A DNA stretch of 64,000 nucleotides from Savitreella phatthalungensis (Eukaryota). The stretch is from contig AP039695.1 in assembly GCA_051599415.1 (NCBI GenBank), forward strand, positions 124,001 to 188,000, given 5' to 3'. Position 1 is the first letter of the stretch; every line of letters starts with the position of its first letter. The notes below the pieces were generated by a model. The model did no database searches. It was not told the origin of the DNA and saw nothing but the letters and a program-made list of their open reading frames with translations. Positions 28,749-40,130 of this stretch are shown here, one piece after another. The translations under genes and the position numbers were made by a program.

Positions 28749-30678
28749 ATATAAAGTCGAAACACGTAAAATTGATCACCTTTAACTTCGCGCAGAAAAT
28801 AAAGACGCGTCGAACACGTCACCACCTGCCTTCAGAGCAGCCTACTGCCTCCTACAGCGCCTATGGACGCATTATATCGCGAGGCATGCCTCCAGGCAGC
28901 CTTGAACCACTACGCTGCTCGAAGAGACGGCCAGAAACCGTCAATTCGTGATGCTGCAGCAGAGTATAGCGTTTCACCCAGCACTTTGAGGCATCGGCTA
29001 CTGAACGGCAATAGGACTGCCTCAGAGGCTGCCAGAGAGCGCCAAAAGCTGACAGAATCACAGGAGAAGGCTCTGGTAGACATGCTGCACAGAAGGTCTG
29101 CAGTAGGCTATCCTATGACTCCTGGGGAGGTCACTAGCCTAGCAGACAAATTTTTCGAAGCTCGCGGCAGCACAGTGCACCTCGGAATGCGCTGGTTTCC
29201 TTCCTTCAAATTACGCCATCCTGACATCCACACAGTGCGCAGCAATTGCATCGACCACAGCCGCATGTACGCGGTGGATTCAGCCACTGTGGAAGCCTAT
29301 TTCAAGATCCTAGGCACCTATCTTCGAGAGGAAGCAATCCTGCCTGAGGATGTGTGGAATGCTGACAAATCTGGCCTCATGATGGGCCGTTCCCAGTCCT
29401 CCCAGGTGGTGGTCCCACTGCTGCAGAAGGGTAAGAAGCGCGCTGTGGCAGCAGACAATGGAGATCGCGAAACAGTCAGCTGTATGGCCTGTGTTTCTGC
29501 TGCAGGTGCCCATTTACAACCAGTTCTGGTGTTCAGGCGCACTCAGGCGAAGAGGGAGGCCTGTGGAAAGGCTGTGGAGGCTGGGCTGGCGCCTCCTGAC
29601 AAGGCAAAGTACCTAGGCACGCCTGGAAACGCTGTACGCGTGTTTCACTCGAAAAACGGCTTCCTCACGTCCCAGTTAATCGTCCAGTGGCTACAGGAGG
29701 TCTTCCTGCCTGCCACAGCACGAGATCCACCGAGGACGCGCGTCCTAGTGATCAATGGCGCCTGCGCTCACGCCACGCACGAGGTCATGTATGAATGCGC
29801 GAAAAATGGCGTCAAACTGGTTTATCTGCCTGCCCACAGCTCCCACCTCACACAGCCGCTCGACCTAGCCGTATTCTCGCCTTTGAAGAACTACTATGGG
29901 CAGGCAGTGAAGGTACTCAGCCGCAGGCTAGCTGGCAGACCCTGGGGGCGCAAAGAATTCATCTCGATCTTTCTCGGCGCCTGGCAGAAGGCGCTGAACC
30001 GCCAGAACATCACCTCAGGCTTCAGGCAAGGCGGTATCTGGCCCTATGACCCACAGGCGGTGCGCCGAAGCGTGCTCTCTTACAACAATTCAGTCGAATC
30101 TGCCTCGGAAGCTGCGAAAAGGCCAGAAAGGCCTGCCTTGGCCACCCTGACCACCAATGCAGCCAATACACTGCCTAAAACAGTCAAAGCGACACGCGCG
30201 ACACTGCAGGCAGCTGGAAAAGAGAGATACGAGGTGCTAGAGCTAGCACTTGCAGAGAATGCGCAAAAAGATCGCCTCATCGAGGAACTGAGAACTGCTG
30301 CAGAGCAGCACCAGTTCATGATCGCCGATAGGGACGAGACTATAGCAGCCCTGCAGGCCAAGGCCTCGCGTCCTAGGGCAGCCTTCAAGGCACAGCAGCT
30401 GGCTAGAGGAGTGGACTGGCTAAAAGGCTTACTCGGCGAAGACTACACAGATATGAGGTGGCACTGGATCGCAGCGAAGGCGAGGGCTGCTAAAATCGAG
30501 CCTAGAGCATGGATAGAGGCACAGGACCAGGCTACCTTACTTTCAGAGCTAGCGCTGGTGATTCCATCGAATAGCGAGCAATCTACGGAGAAGGTGCCTT
30601 CGAAGAGGCGACAAAAAAAACGTGTGTGAAATTGATTAATCTTAAAGGTGATCAATTCTAGGTGTAGCGACTTTATAT
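28749..30678 (+). mobile_element. pogo/Fot1-like (Tc1-mariner superfamily) DNA transposon with ~37-bp TIRs
   Basis: Left ATATAAAGTCGAAACACGTAAAATTGATCACCTTTAA (28749-28785) versus reverse complement of right 30642-30678 ATATAAAGTCGCTACACCTAGAATTGATCACCTTTAA (4 mismatches). Ends lie in TA dinucleotides and enclose a transposase ORF. Confidence 0.92.
28863..30629 (+). CDS. pogo/Fot1-type transposase (HTH_psq + CENP-B/Tc5 HTH + DDE_1), catalytic motif altered
   Basis: SIRDAAAEYSVSPSTLRHRL, QKLTESQEKALV, LGMRWFPSFKLRHP, VWNADKSG, VLVINGACAH and LPAHSSHLTQPLDLAVFSPLK. Confidence 0.9.
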   Translation: MDALYREACLQAALNHYAARRDGQKPSIRDAAAEYSVSPSTLRHRLLNGNRTASEAARERQKLTESQEKALVDMLHRRSAVGYPMTPGEVTSLADKFFEARGSTVHLGMRWFPSFKLRHPDIHTVRSNCIDHSRMYAVDSATVEAYFKILGTYLREEAILPEDVWNADKSGLMMGRSQSSQVVVPLLQKGKKRAVAADNGDRETVSCMACVSAAGAHLQPVLVFRRTQAKREACGKAVEAGLAPPDKAKYLGTPGNAVRVFHSKNGFLTSQLIVQWLQEVFLPATARDPPRTRVLVINGACAHATHEVMYECAKNGVKLVYLPAHSSHLTQPLDLAVFSPLKNYYGQAVKVLSRRLAGRPWGRKEFISIFLGAWQKALNRQNITSGFRQGGIWPYDPQAVRRSVLSYNNSVESASEAAKRPERPALATLTTNAANTLPKTVKATRATLQAAGKERYEVLELALAENAQKDRLIEELRTAAEQHQFMIADRDETIAALQAKASRPRAAFKAQQLARGVDWLKGLLGEDYTDMRWHWIAAKARAAKIEPRAWIEAQDQATLLSELALVIPSNSEQSTEKVPSKRRQKKRV

Positions 30679-32809
30679 ATTCCATTTTGGTGGAATACAT
30701 GGTGTGAGAGTGTGCATGCGTGCATGGGAGCGTACGTGCGTCAGTGAAAGAGTAAGTGAGTGAGTGACTGAGCGAGTGAGTAAAGAGGTCCGTGCATCTG
30801 GCCAAATTTTGGTCAAATCTTCCAGGTATAGACTCTGGCGGCGCGGAACTCGGATAAATTTCAAAGTGGATGCACGATATGGATCCGCAGAGAAAAGTCT
30901 TGGTAGAATACACAAAGGCAAAAGGCTTTATATCACCTGAAGATGCTGATGCCGATCAAGCAGGAGCAGTCTCCTCATGATGACGATGTCGGCGATGAAC
31001 CAAAGCCAGTGGAATTGACCTGTAGCGGGCAAATTACTCCTTTCAAGCAAGGGTGCGCGAGAGGATGAGAAGAGGTTCTGCTCCTGATTGGCTTTTTGAG
31101 CTCGATTGAGCGATATACTGATCGCGTATAGAGGATGACTTGGAAAGACGACAACGGATAGAGTTGGCTACATAGATCGACGTGTTGACTGAAAGAATCG
31201 AAGACAGCCGTTCTTGTGCTTTGTCGGGAATTTGGTATTTCGGGAATTTACTGGAAATGGAAGACAGATAGATAAAATGGCTTTACATACTCAGTATACT
31301 CAGTATACACTGCATGGTGTAGAAACACCAGCAAGCCCTTTTCAGAACCTTCAGAGATATCTCCTTATTCGGTAACGAGACGGTCAAGACTGGAGATCTC
31401 TGGAGTCAGTGCGATCACCACCGAGTCCCGCCACTTCCATTGTCTGACTTGGCAATCACTGCTGATCGAATTCTCTTTCATATGCTCTCTTTCATAGTCT
31501 CGAGATCTTTCATATTCCCTAAATTTCACATATATTCTCTTGCTGCTTCATATTGCCCCATAGAGCTAAGAAAGAATGTTGATTTCAATATTCAGATGAA
31601 CCCACGGAACGTGCATGATCGACTCAATGACTACCTGGGCTACAGTAGGTGCTTGGAAGCCAATTTTGCAAGAGTCCTTCCAAACCTTAATCTGACCCAG
31701 CCTGAAATCCTACATAACAATATTGAGACGGGAGGGGGGTTGAGGGGCAGTGGAAGAGTGCCCAGCCCAAGTCAGATTATGGTAGAACCAGAACAATGAC
31801 CGTTCTGTCAGCCACGATTGCGTTGTAAGCTGTCCAAGGCTGAAAGCCATAGAACGGGTAGTCATTCCCTTTGCTGTTACTCGATGCGTATTCATATATA
31901 CAGCTGACTTCCTTTCATATAGTTCAAGAGTAAAAGAATTCCAATCTGGAGACTGTCAGTGCACATATTTCTTGAAAGTGACAAGGGAATCATGTAATTA
32001 CAATTGCAAGGACGAAAAGATTGAGACCGAATGCAGTGATATCGATTTGAATCGCGATTTCATGCATGTACGCGTACAGTCGATCGAGTGAGAAGTGAAT
32101 TTAGTGCGTTTCGTGTGGCTAATGATAGCGACTAATAGCACTATATAGCACAATAGGAGACAACGTTCGAGTATACGTAGATATTGGTACACGAATATTC
32201 ACGCTTGAGCACATGCATCCATCACTCTTCCTACGTCCAATACAGTAACCACATCCACACTCATATCCACATACTTATACACCATCTATCATCCTCCTCC
32301 TCCAGGAGTCAACCGAGCTAACGTGTACAACAATCATCCTCCACCACCTCCTGCTGCTGCTTACAGTCACGTCGCATCGGACTCTACAATCTTTGTCTGC
32401 AATCTCAAAGACTTTCACCGCCCCCACCAGTTGTCACTGTTGAATACGTCCAACGTAAGATTTGATCAAAGGAGAGGATACTACTGAAAAGGTTACGCGC
32501 AATCTCATCAACGCGCCAGCCGTGCCTTCCACACGCTATTGCACCTCACTCACCTGGCGAGATCTGATTCGACCTCCCCTCATCTCGTACCGTACCATCT
32601 GATCGCATCTCATCTCGCATTTGCGCATCTCCCGCCCACGCATTCATCCACGCTTACCTGTATAGCGTGACAGCACGCGACCTCCCAGCTGACCTGTCAA
32701 AAGTTCGCTTCTTGGAACGACATACCAGGAAATCATGACCGTCGGTGCATAGGACGAGAGTATCCTTCTTACTTATTATCTACAGACTTGCCCCGGCAAT
32801 CGTATACGC

Positions 32810-35623
32810 ATGCTGCGCTCCCGTCATCGAGATCCGCCGAGCGCCGCTTCCTCTGCAGCTGGAGCTGCGCATCAGCAGGCATCCTCGTTCGCCAACCTGC
32901 AACCGGGGACGACGCAAGCCGCGATTCCTCGCGCCTCTTCTCCAGCACAATCAGACCTATCTCTCGTCTCCCGTTACAGAACAGAGGCCGGCTATGGCCC
33001 AATCAAACACAGGCCAGCCCCTGGAACATCCGCGACAAACTACGAATCAGGCCGTAGTATGTCACATCAGACGCACTATACGCAACAAAGACCTGTCGAG
33101 CTTGGCCCTCGGTCACTGTCGACCGCTGACACCTATGGCATGCAGTCAACGACCTCAAACATAACTTCTAATTCGCAAGACGTTTCAGTAGCCAGAGGAG
33201 TCAAGGATGAAAATCTAGCTAAAACACACTTCGCAGTCTTTGACGACTTCCTCAGGGCGCAGGCACAACTGATCGGCCTACCTGCTGCTACAACCGACAG
33301 TACAGCCAAGCAGCGCACAGCTCGTCAAAAGCTCGTCAACCTCAGTCGTACGCAATTCCAGGAATTGTCCACAGACGTCTACGACGAGATTCGACGGCGT
33401 ACAAGCCAATCTTCCGGCCAATCACAAGCGATTGCAGCAAACAGTGAATACCATCCAAAGCGCAATCAAGCTCGTGAAAAGCTATCGAATCTGCCTGCGG
33501 GCAGGTTTCGTGACTTGGCTACCGACGTTGCCATGGAGCTCGAGCGGCGGTGCCCTCCTGTTCGAAAAGTGCCGTTATCAGCCAATACCTACCGACAGAC
33601 AGCTGTACATCCAATCAAGGGGATGATGATGGAAGAAGACGAGGAGGAGGATGAGAATGAGAGAGCCGATTTCTCGGCTGGCGGTTCGCCGCGCACGAGC
33701 GAGAATAGTACGCGCGTGACGACCGCTGCCACCTCCTACGGACTTGCATCTGCATACACGACCTCCATTGCGCACGATCTCAATAGCTTGCGCTCAGCTC
33801 GGATGTCCCACGCATCAAGCGAGAACATGACGCGGACCCTGGCCGACACGACCGACAAATTGGCCCAGCTCGAATTGCAGTCACGAAACGAGCGCGAACA
33901 GCTAAGGGCAGAACTTGCTGAGGCCAGCTCGAGGGAGGCGCGCCTACGAGCAGAACTCGATAGGCTCCGTCACGAATTCGAGCGTGCGCCTGCACCACGC
34001 GCTGTGGATGATAGTGCTCTCGCGCAGCTCAAGCAGCGGAATCAGGAGCTCGAACAGCATCTGGGAGAGCAGGAGCAGATGATGAGCGAGGTCAAGCAGG
34101 AAGCACGTGACATCATCAAGGAGATGAAGATCATCAGCGACCGTGAGGACGCTGTGCACGCCCGCGCAGAGAACTTACAGAATCGTTTGCATTCACTTCA
34201 ATCTGCGCTCGAGGAAGAACGCGAGCGGCACGCCGAGGCTCGCACGAAGCTTCGACAGTTCCGTGCGACGTCTCACTTCTTCGTGCCGGGCCCGGGACTC
34301 GAGCTCGTTTCTGGTGATGAGCTTCTCTCGCCTACAGGCATCGTCGTCGATGCGCATGCAGCCTCTTTCAAAAGAGCTGTTGATGACCTGCTGCGGATTG
34401 CAAGGCAAGACACCTCTCGTACCGTGGAGATGTGCAAGGAAGTGCTCGTGTCATCGCGCAAGGTGCAGAAGGACATCGAGGCGTCGGACATCTTCAAGCG
34501 CAACGACAAAGTGCAGAAGCTGTGCGCACGACTCAATGCTACGGCGACTAATCTGGTTACGGCATGTCGCAATCACAGAGAAGGTGGCGTGCTCTCACCA
34601 GTGTCGCTTCTCGATGCAGCTGCTTCGCATATCTCTGCCACCGTCATCGAGCTTTGTCAAATCTGCAAGCTGCGACATATCGGAGAGCACGGTGATCCAG
34701 ACCAGGACCACCCCAATGCACGACAAGTTCCGGGACTGCAGCCGCCTGGAATTCCATCAAAGCGTGCTGGCAGCTCAATGCTGAATGTTGCAGATCTGCG
34801 GGATGTCAAGACTGAAGATTCAGTGATGGAGGGCATGTCAATTGCAGAGCGAGAGGCCAGACGACGTCTCGAGGTACAGACGGAGCGCGTCGTGACGCTC
34901 GTCCAAGATCTTCTACAGGTCATTCGAGACGACAGCAGCACCCATGTCGTCGGACAACGCGCAGCAGCATGCGAGCAGGCATTGGAAGATCTTGTCGAGC
35001 ATGCGCCTGACTTTGTGCGAGGCCGGACTTCTGCTGAGACGCAGCGATCTAGAGACTCGCTCCTCAAATGCGGCGAGCGATTCAGGGAAGCTGTACGCGA
35101 ATGCGAAAGCCGTCCTGGCTCAAGTCCAGGATCCCCGACGAAGGACTTCAAGCAACGACTAGCTGGTCTAGCGTTTGATACTGCCAAACTAACGAAAGAA
35201 TACACGCTGGGTCTGCAAACTCAGCTGACGGAGCAATACAAACGAGAGAGCTCCAGTAACCAGAGTTCTGGAGAGAAAGTATCATCAGGAGCGCGAGCAC
35301 CTTCGCAAACCTCTGTTTATTCATCAAATACGGGTCTCGGCGCAAGTCCAGCGACGCCTGCATCAATCAGGAGACCGCTCATCGGTAACGTACCCTTGGT
35401 ACCCTCCAGCATCAGCCCAAGTCGGCCAGTCAAGGAAGCCCCTGATGCGATCAACGGGCACGCCTCGTCAGCCGCTACCAAAGCTGCAGCAGCTGCAGTC
35501 ACCGCTGCCGCGACAGCCAGGACCATCCCGCCGCCGAGGGCACGTGGTCCGAGGCAGCAAGTCAAGTCGCCATTCGGTGGCGGCTACGATGATTACGAAG
35601 ACGATCAAGTAGATCTCACCTGA
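32810..35623 (+). CDS. spa2: Polarisome scaffold Spa2 (SHD/GIT family)
   Basis: Two Spa2-homology repeats (ARQKLVNLSRTQFQELSTDVYDEIRRR; RNQAREKLSNLPAGRFRDLATDVAMELERR), a coiled coil, and 'SPVSLLDAAASH' and 'RLAGLAFDTAK' C-terminal motifs. Confidence 0.9.
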   Translation: MLRSRHRDPPSAASSAAGAAHQQASSFANLQPGTTQAAIPRASSPAQSDLSLVSRYRTEAGYGPIKHRPAPGTSATNYESGRSMSHQTHYTQQRPVELGPRSLSTADTYGMQSTTSNITSNSQDVSVARGVKDENLAKTHFAVFDDFLRAQAQLIGLPAATTDSTAKQRTARQKLVNLSRTQFQELSTDVYDEIRRRTSQSSGQSQAIAANSEYHPKRNQAREKLSNLPAGRFRDLATDVAMELERRCPPVRKVPLSANTYRQTAVHPIKGMMMEEDEEEDENERADFSAGGSPRTSENSTRVTTAATSYGLASAYTTSIAHDLNSLRSARMSHASSENMTRTLADTTDKLAQLELQSRNEREQLRAELAEASSREARLRAELDRLRHEFERAPAPRAVDDSALAQLKQRNQELEQHLGEQEQMMSEVKQEARDIIKEMKIISDREDAVHARAENLQNRLHSLQSALEEERERHAEARTKLRQFRATSHFFVPGPGLELVSGDELLSPTGIVVDAHAASFKRAVDDLLRIARQDTSRTVEMCKEVLVSSRKVQKDIEASDIFKRNDKVQKLCARLNATATNLVTACRNHREGGVLSPVSLLDAAASHISATVIELCQICKLRHIGEHGDPDQDHPNARQVPGLQPPGIPSKRAGSSMLNVADLRDVKTEDSVMEGMSIAEREARRRLEVQTERVVTLVQDLLQVIRDDSSTHVVGQRAAACEQALEDLVEHAPDFVRGRTSAETQRSRDSLLKCGERFREAVRECESRPGSSPGSPTKDFKQRLAGLAFDTAKLTKEYTLGLQTQLTEQYKRESSSNQSSGEKVSSGARAPSQTSVYSSNTGLGASPATPASIRRPLIGNVPLVPSSISPSRPVKEAPDAINGHASSAATKAAAAAVTAAATARTIPPPRARGPRQQVKSPFGGGYDDYEDDQVDLT

Positions 35624-36311
35624 GCAAGATCCCGACTCCCATCACACTCGGTAAACTCATACACGGTCAATGGCAATTGTAGAAGTAGAGAGCAAATCAT
35701 ACGGACGTTGTAATTTAACTCCTCTTCGGACCGTATGACAGTGTCAGAGAGCATCAACTAAGCAGACATTCTGCGCTCACAGAGCCTTGATTGTGACACT
35801 TTGCTCGACTGTCATTTCACGTGTTTCTATTTTTGGCTTTCATATGATTGTTGAATTCCAAACACCTAGCTTTCGTTCCAGTGAGGCGTTTCCTTGCGGC
35901 TCATTCTCACAGCGACTTCCTCAACCAGACATCATCACCACCGGTTCACTCCACTTCACAAAGGCACGCTAAGAGCTTCTAGGATTCTTGGCAACTGCGA
36001 ATCCTCTCTTGCTTGCCCTTCCGACGCGAGTATTCTTACACCGTTATTTTGGAAAGGATTTGACGAGCAGCGCAGAGGACATACGCTCGAAACCTCGTTC
36101 GTCAGGTCCACGATCTCTCATAAGAGTCAGGTCATCGCTCAAAACTTGAGAATTGACTTGGACATCAGACTTGCCTCTTTGGGCGTTCCATCGTCTTTCG
36201 CATCTCATCTCATCTTCAGACAGGATTTCTGATAACGACACAGACTCAACAACGCATTTGATTTTCTCAGTTTCTCGCATCCCTAAGCCTTTGACGGCTT
36301 TCCCGACAAAG

Positions 36312-38339
36312 ATGCCCCGCTCTCTCATCGATCCTGATGTGCCCCGTCAATTTTCAAAAGAGAGCCAACCCAAACTCCTCCCGACACTCGAGCCATCAGT
36401 CAGCACTAATGTTCTATCGCCTTATCACACCATTCGTTCGTATCGGACCAGTGACACCTACCATTACTCAACCTACAGCCTATACCCTCCTATAGCCCGG
36501 CTAGTGCCTTCGCTGCAGTCGGACTACGTGCATCCCTTCGCACGCATCGATCATCGCAGAGACGGTATGTCGTCGGACACGCATTCGACGAGCTCGAGTA
36601 CCGTGGATGGCGTTAAAGCTCGCAAGCGCCGCCGTAGCTCCACACCGCGAGCTTTAGATGAGCCGCGTGCTAGCTTTGATGTTGCGAGTCCGACCGGCCA
36701 AGAGCAAGCACATGACTTGCACAAGCGCACGAGATCCGATGTCCAGAGCTCCGGTGACATTCCACCATTCTCTGCCTTCCAGCACGCCATCACGCCTGAG
36801 CCTGACAGCATAGACATTGACATATCTTCAGATACAGATCAACCGCAGGATGATGATTTGCCCGTCGCGTCGCGCCCGCCCGAACTCGAGCGGGCGCTCA
36901 AGCCATCAGCCAAGGACGCTTTCTTGGGAGACACAAGCATCGAGAAGCAAGGTTTCTTGGCGTACAAAGGGACATCGCCCAGGCCATCTGACGACCAGGA
37001 TGCTGCGAATCTCACGCGCATGGAGACAGATGCTCCAGCTACAGTGGCTCCTGCACTTACGCAGATCGCCACTCCAGCAACCAAGCGACGGAAAAACAAG
37101 CCAGGTGAAGCAGCCGGCTCCAAGCGCGGTCGCGCTGAAAAGGCTCGCAGCGTGAGCTCTAGCGCGAGCTCAGTTCAGCGCAAAGCCTTCTCTCAAAAAT
37201 CCCGAAGCAAAATCTCCACGTCGACCTGTGAGGAATGCCAGGCGACACTCGCTTCACATTTTCGGCCTGTGGTTTCTGATTTTTGTGGCAAAAAATCGAA
37301 ATCGATATCGTCCATGCCGCGCGTCGAGGTCTGCAATCGGTGCTACTGCCGTATCGCCTCACAGCGCGAAGACTACATACCCTGGAGGATGCAGATGCTG
37401 TTGCGTCAGATCGAGCTCTTTGCCCGGGCCGGCGTCGAGGTATTCGAAGTCACGTGGCAGCACAAGATGACTCTGAGAGACACCGCATCGGCCTTACGCT
37501 TCGTTCGTGATCTGCGCGACGACGTTGTGGAGGAGCTCCGTCAAGAAGCCTTCCGCCGTCCACCTCCCCCAGATCCACCCATCAGCACCAAATCTGGCTC
37601 CACTCAGCCTCAGAACCAACGGCGGGCCTCTCTACCAGCAGCACCACCCCTGCCGAGCTACCTCCAGAATCTCGACCCCACCATGACCGCATACTTCCGC
37701 TTCGTAATGGGAGATGAGCCGGTGTTGAGTCCAGTTCATCACGCAAATATGCTAGCTGGAAACCATGCGATGGAGAAATACCGACAAAAAAAAGAACAGG
37801 GAAAGGCGGAAGCCGATGTGCTGTGCAAAGTGGGCGCTCCCCGGCCCACTGCCGTAGACAGCGCAGTTGAGCCTAAAAAGAGAGTTGAGCACAGTCCCGA
37901 GACAGTGTCGCGGAACGACGATGTCCGAGAGGTACAGAAGGTCGTCTGTCTTGCAGACATTGTTCCACTCCTTCTGCGCGTTCGGCCAGTCCCTGGTAAA
38001 CTAGCTGACCAAGACCCATCGGTCGACAGAGGAGACTCCTCTGCTCCCAGACCGCAGATCCTTGCGCCTGATGCGGTGAACGATGTCATCAAGACAGTCA
38101 TCTCCAGAGCACGTGGGAAACCAGCGCCAAGGACAGCGCTTAGGATCGCCAGTGGCGAAAGCGCGTTGTCCTCCACCAGTGGCGGATCCTCCACCTCAGA
38201 AGAAGTCAACACAGGCGGCGGACCCTACTTGACACCAGACGCAGCAACGACCTTGGCTAGCCTAGAGCTTCGACTAGCCATCCGCGCTAGACCGAGAGGG
38301 CGACCACCATGCACCACTACTTCTTGGACACCAAACTAA
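36312..38339 (+). CDS. Hypothetical nuclear protein with CxxC...CNxC finger and C-terminal AT-hook-like motif
   Basis: First ATG at 36312 (alternative ATG at ~36567). Basic NLS-like runs (RKRRRS, KRRKNK), CEEC-x31-CNRC and RPRGRP. Confidence 0.6.
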   Translation: MPRSLIDPDVPRQFSKESQPKLLPTLEPSVSTNVLSPYHTIRSYRTSDTYHYSTYSLYPPIARLVPSLQSDYVHPFARIDHRRDGMSSDTHSTSSSTVDGVKARKRRRSSTPRALDEPRASFDVASPTGQEQAHDLHKRTRSDVQSSGDIPPFSAFQHAITPEPDSIDIDISSDTDQPQDDDLPVASRPPELERALKPSAKDAFLGDTSIEKQGFLAYKGTSPRPSDDQDAANLTRMETDAPATVAPALTQIATPATKRRKNKPGEAAGSKRGRAEKARSVSSSASSVQRKAFSQKSRSKISTSTCEECQATLASHFRPVVSDFCGKKSKSISSMPRVEVCNRCYCRIASQREDYIPWRMQMLLRQIELFARAGVEVFEVTWQHKMTLRDTASALRFVRDLRDDVVEELRQEAFRRPPPPDPPISTKSGSTQPQNQRRASLPAAPPLPSYLQNLDPTMTAYFRFVMGDEPVLSPVHHANMLAGNHAMEKYRQKKEQGKAEADVLCKVGAPRPTAVDSAVEPKKRVEHSPETVSRNDDVREVQKVVCLADIVPLLLRVRPVPGKLADQDPSVDRGDSSAPRPQILAPDAVNDVIKTVISRARGKPAPRTALRIASGESALSSTSGGSSTSEEVNTGGGPYLTPDAATTLASLELRLAIRARPRGRPPCTTTSWTPN

Positions 38340-38445
38340 TTAATGGAACACGTGTAACTAGGCCGAAATTACGCATACGCTCGAGTGGCTGCAACTCTAT
38401 CAATTCGTTCGTTCGTACGTGTCTTTGTCGTGGCAACTTTTCGAT

Positions 38446-39909
38446 CTATGATGTCGCGGCGAGAGCTTCTGTTGGTGGTGGCTTCTGCACCTCTATTGAC
38501 TCATTCAAATCCCTGACAACCTCGACAACTGCGGTGGCAGCTTTCCAAGCCTCTACAAATGTATTGTAGAGTGGTGCGGGAGCAATCCGGATCACTTCGG
38601 GTTTTCGTTCATCCCCGATGACGCCCCTCTTCAACAGCCCCGACATCGCTCGCATCATCGCATCCTTCTCGCGCGGGTAGAACCCTATCGACAGTTGTGC
38701 TCCACGCTCCGCCACGTCCATTGGAGAAATCACGGCGAATGTAATCTTGCCATCATCCCCATCTCCAGCGGGTGACGGGACGGAGGCGCGATAGTAGGGC
38801 GAGGTTTGAAGCACCTCGAGCATCATGGTAGACATGGCGACACTCTTTGCACGCAGGGTGTCCATGGACGTCATATCGAACACGTCGAGCGATCCCCTGA
38901 GTGCCATGCAGTCCAACACACTCGGGTTCGAGAGCTGGTACCCCCACGCTCCCTTCTCCGGGTCGAAGACATCTGGCATTGCGAATCGGGTGTGACGGTT
39001 GTGTCCCCACCAACCTGCGAGTCTGACTTGATGGGTGGTGTCGATGGCAGGAGGCGGGTATCGCGCGTCGGTGTGCACGAATATACCACCGATCGCTCCA
39101 GGTCCGCCGTTCACGTACTTGTAGTGGCACCACACACCGAAATCAACACCCCAAGCGTGAAGCTCCAGCGGCACATTCCCAACCGCATGCGCCAAATCCC
39201 AACCGACGATCAACCCGCGCGCCTTCGCGAACGCGGTGATCCGAGGGATGTCGAACAGCTGGCCAGTGTAGTACTGGACGCCAGAGAGTAGCAGGAGAGC
39301 TGCAGTGTCCTTGTGCAGGTCGATGAATGCTAGGATGTCGTCTGTGCGGAGTGTGAGTTCGTGTGGTCGTGGTGTGATGTGGAGGAGGTGCTCTGCAGGG
39401 TCAAGACCGTGGAGGAGGCACTGTGACTGGAATGCGTACTCGTCTGATGGGAACGCCTTGGCCTCGCAGATGATCTTCGTCCGCCCTCCCACCACAGGCC
39501 GGTAGAACGAAGCTAGCAAGGCGTGCAAATTCGCAGTCAGACTCCCCATCACCGCAACCTCAGACACATCAGCACCCCCAACAAGCCCACACACAGACCC
39601 AACCACCGTCTCCGCAACATCCTTCCACGGCCGACCGTGAGGATGTGCGAAGTGTCCAGCGACTCCGCGCGTCGACCACACGTCTAGTTCCTGGGCGATA
39701 TAGGTCCGAGATCGCTTCGGCAGCAAGCCGAGCGAGTTTCCACACACGTACACGAGTGGTGTGTCTAAGTCGGTTGGAACTTCCTCCAACCCGATCGTCT
39801 CCCGCGTAGGGAACTCAAACTCATCACGCAGGTGACCCAACCCAATCGGCTGCTCGTCCATCCACTGCGCATACTCGATCGACCCTTTCGCATACACGGA
39901 GTCTGCCAT
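38446..39909 (-). CDS. BNA5: Kynureninase
   Basis: CGNSLGLLP, EVAVMGSLTANLH, KAFPSD, SGVQYYTGQ, GWDLAHAVGN, WCHYKYVNGGPG, RLAGWWG and IRIAPAPLYN. Confidence 0.95.
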   Translation of the reverse strand: MADSVYAKGSIEYAQWMDEQPIGLGHLRDEFEFPTRETIGLEEVPTDLDTPLVYVCGNSLGLLPKRSRTYIAQELDVWSTRGVAGHFAHPHGRPWKDVAETVVGSVCGLVGGADVSEVAVMGSLTANLHALLASFYRPVVGGRTKIICEAKAFPSDEYAFQSQCLLHGLDPAEHLLHITPRPHELTLRTDDILAFIDLHKDTAALLLLSGVQYYTGQLFDIPRITAFAKARGLIVGWDLAHAVGNVPLELHAWGVDFGVWCHYKYVNGGPGAIGGIFVHTDARYPPPAIDTTHQVRLAGWWGHNRHTRFAMPDVFDPEKGAWGYQLSNPSVLDCMALRGSLDVFDMTSMDTLRAKSVAMSTMMLEVLQTSPYYRASVPSPAGDGDDGKITFAVISPMDVAERGAQLSIGFYPREKDAMMRAMSGLLKRGVIGDERKPEVIRIAPAPLYNTFVEAWKAATAVVEVVRDLNESIEVQKPPPTEALAATS

Positions 39910-40130
39910 GACGACTCGACACCGCGGTGTGTGTTACGCTGTTGTCGTACACAGTTTTTTTTGTTCATGTCTACACCGGCGATGTAGTACAGGATGTTTA
40001 GGACGTTTCCTGATTGGGCAGCGAAGCCGGAAGAGTGGGAGCACTCCACACAAAACAGGCTAAACTAAAAGATACGACAGCATCGCATCACCCTCAGCAC
40101 AAAGACCATTACCTCTCGTACTCCGAAGTG

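Noticed and set aside
28712..30875. GTGGATGCAC repeated on both sides of the transposon as a TSD of a larger element
   Set aside because: Asymmetric distances from the TIRs, pogo elements duplicate TA, and no outer TIRs were found.
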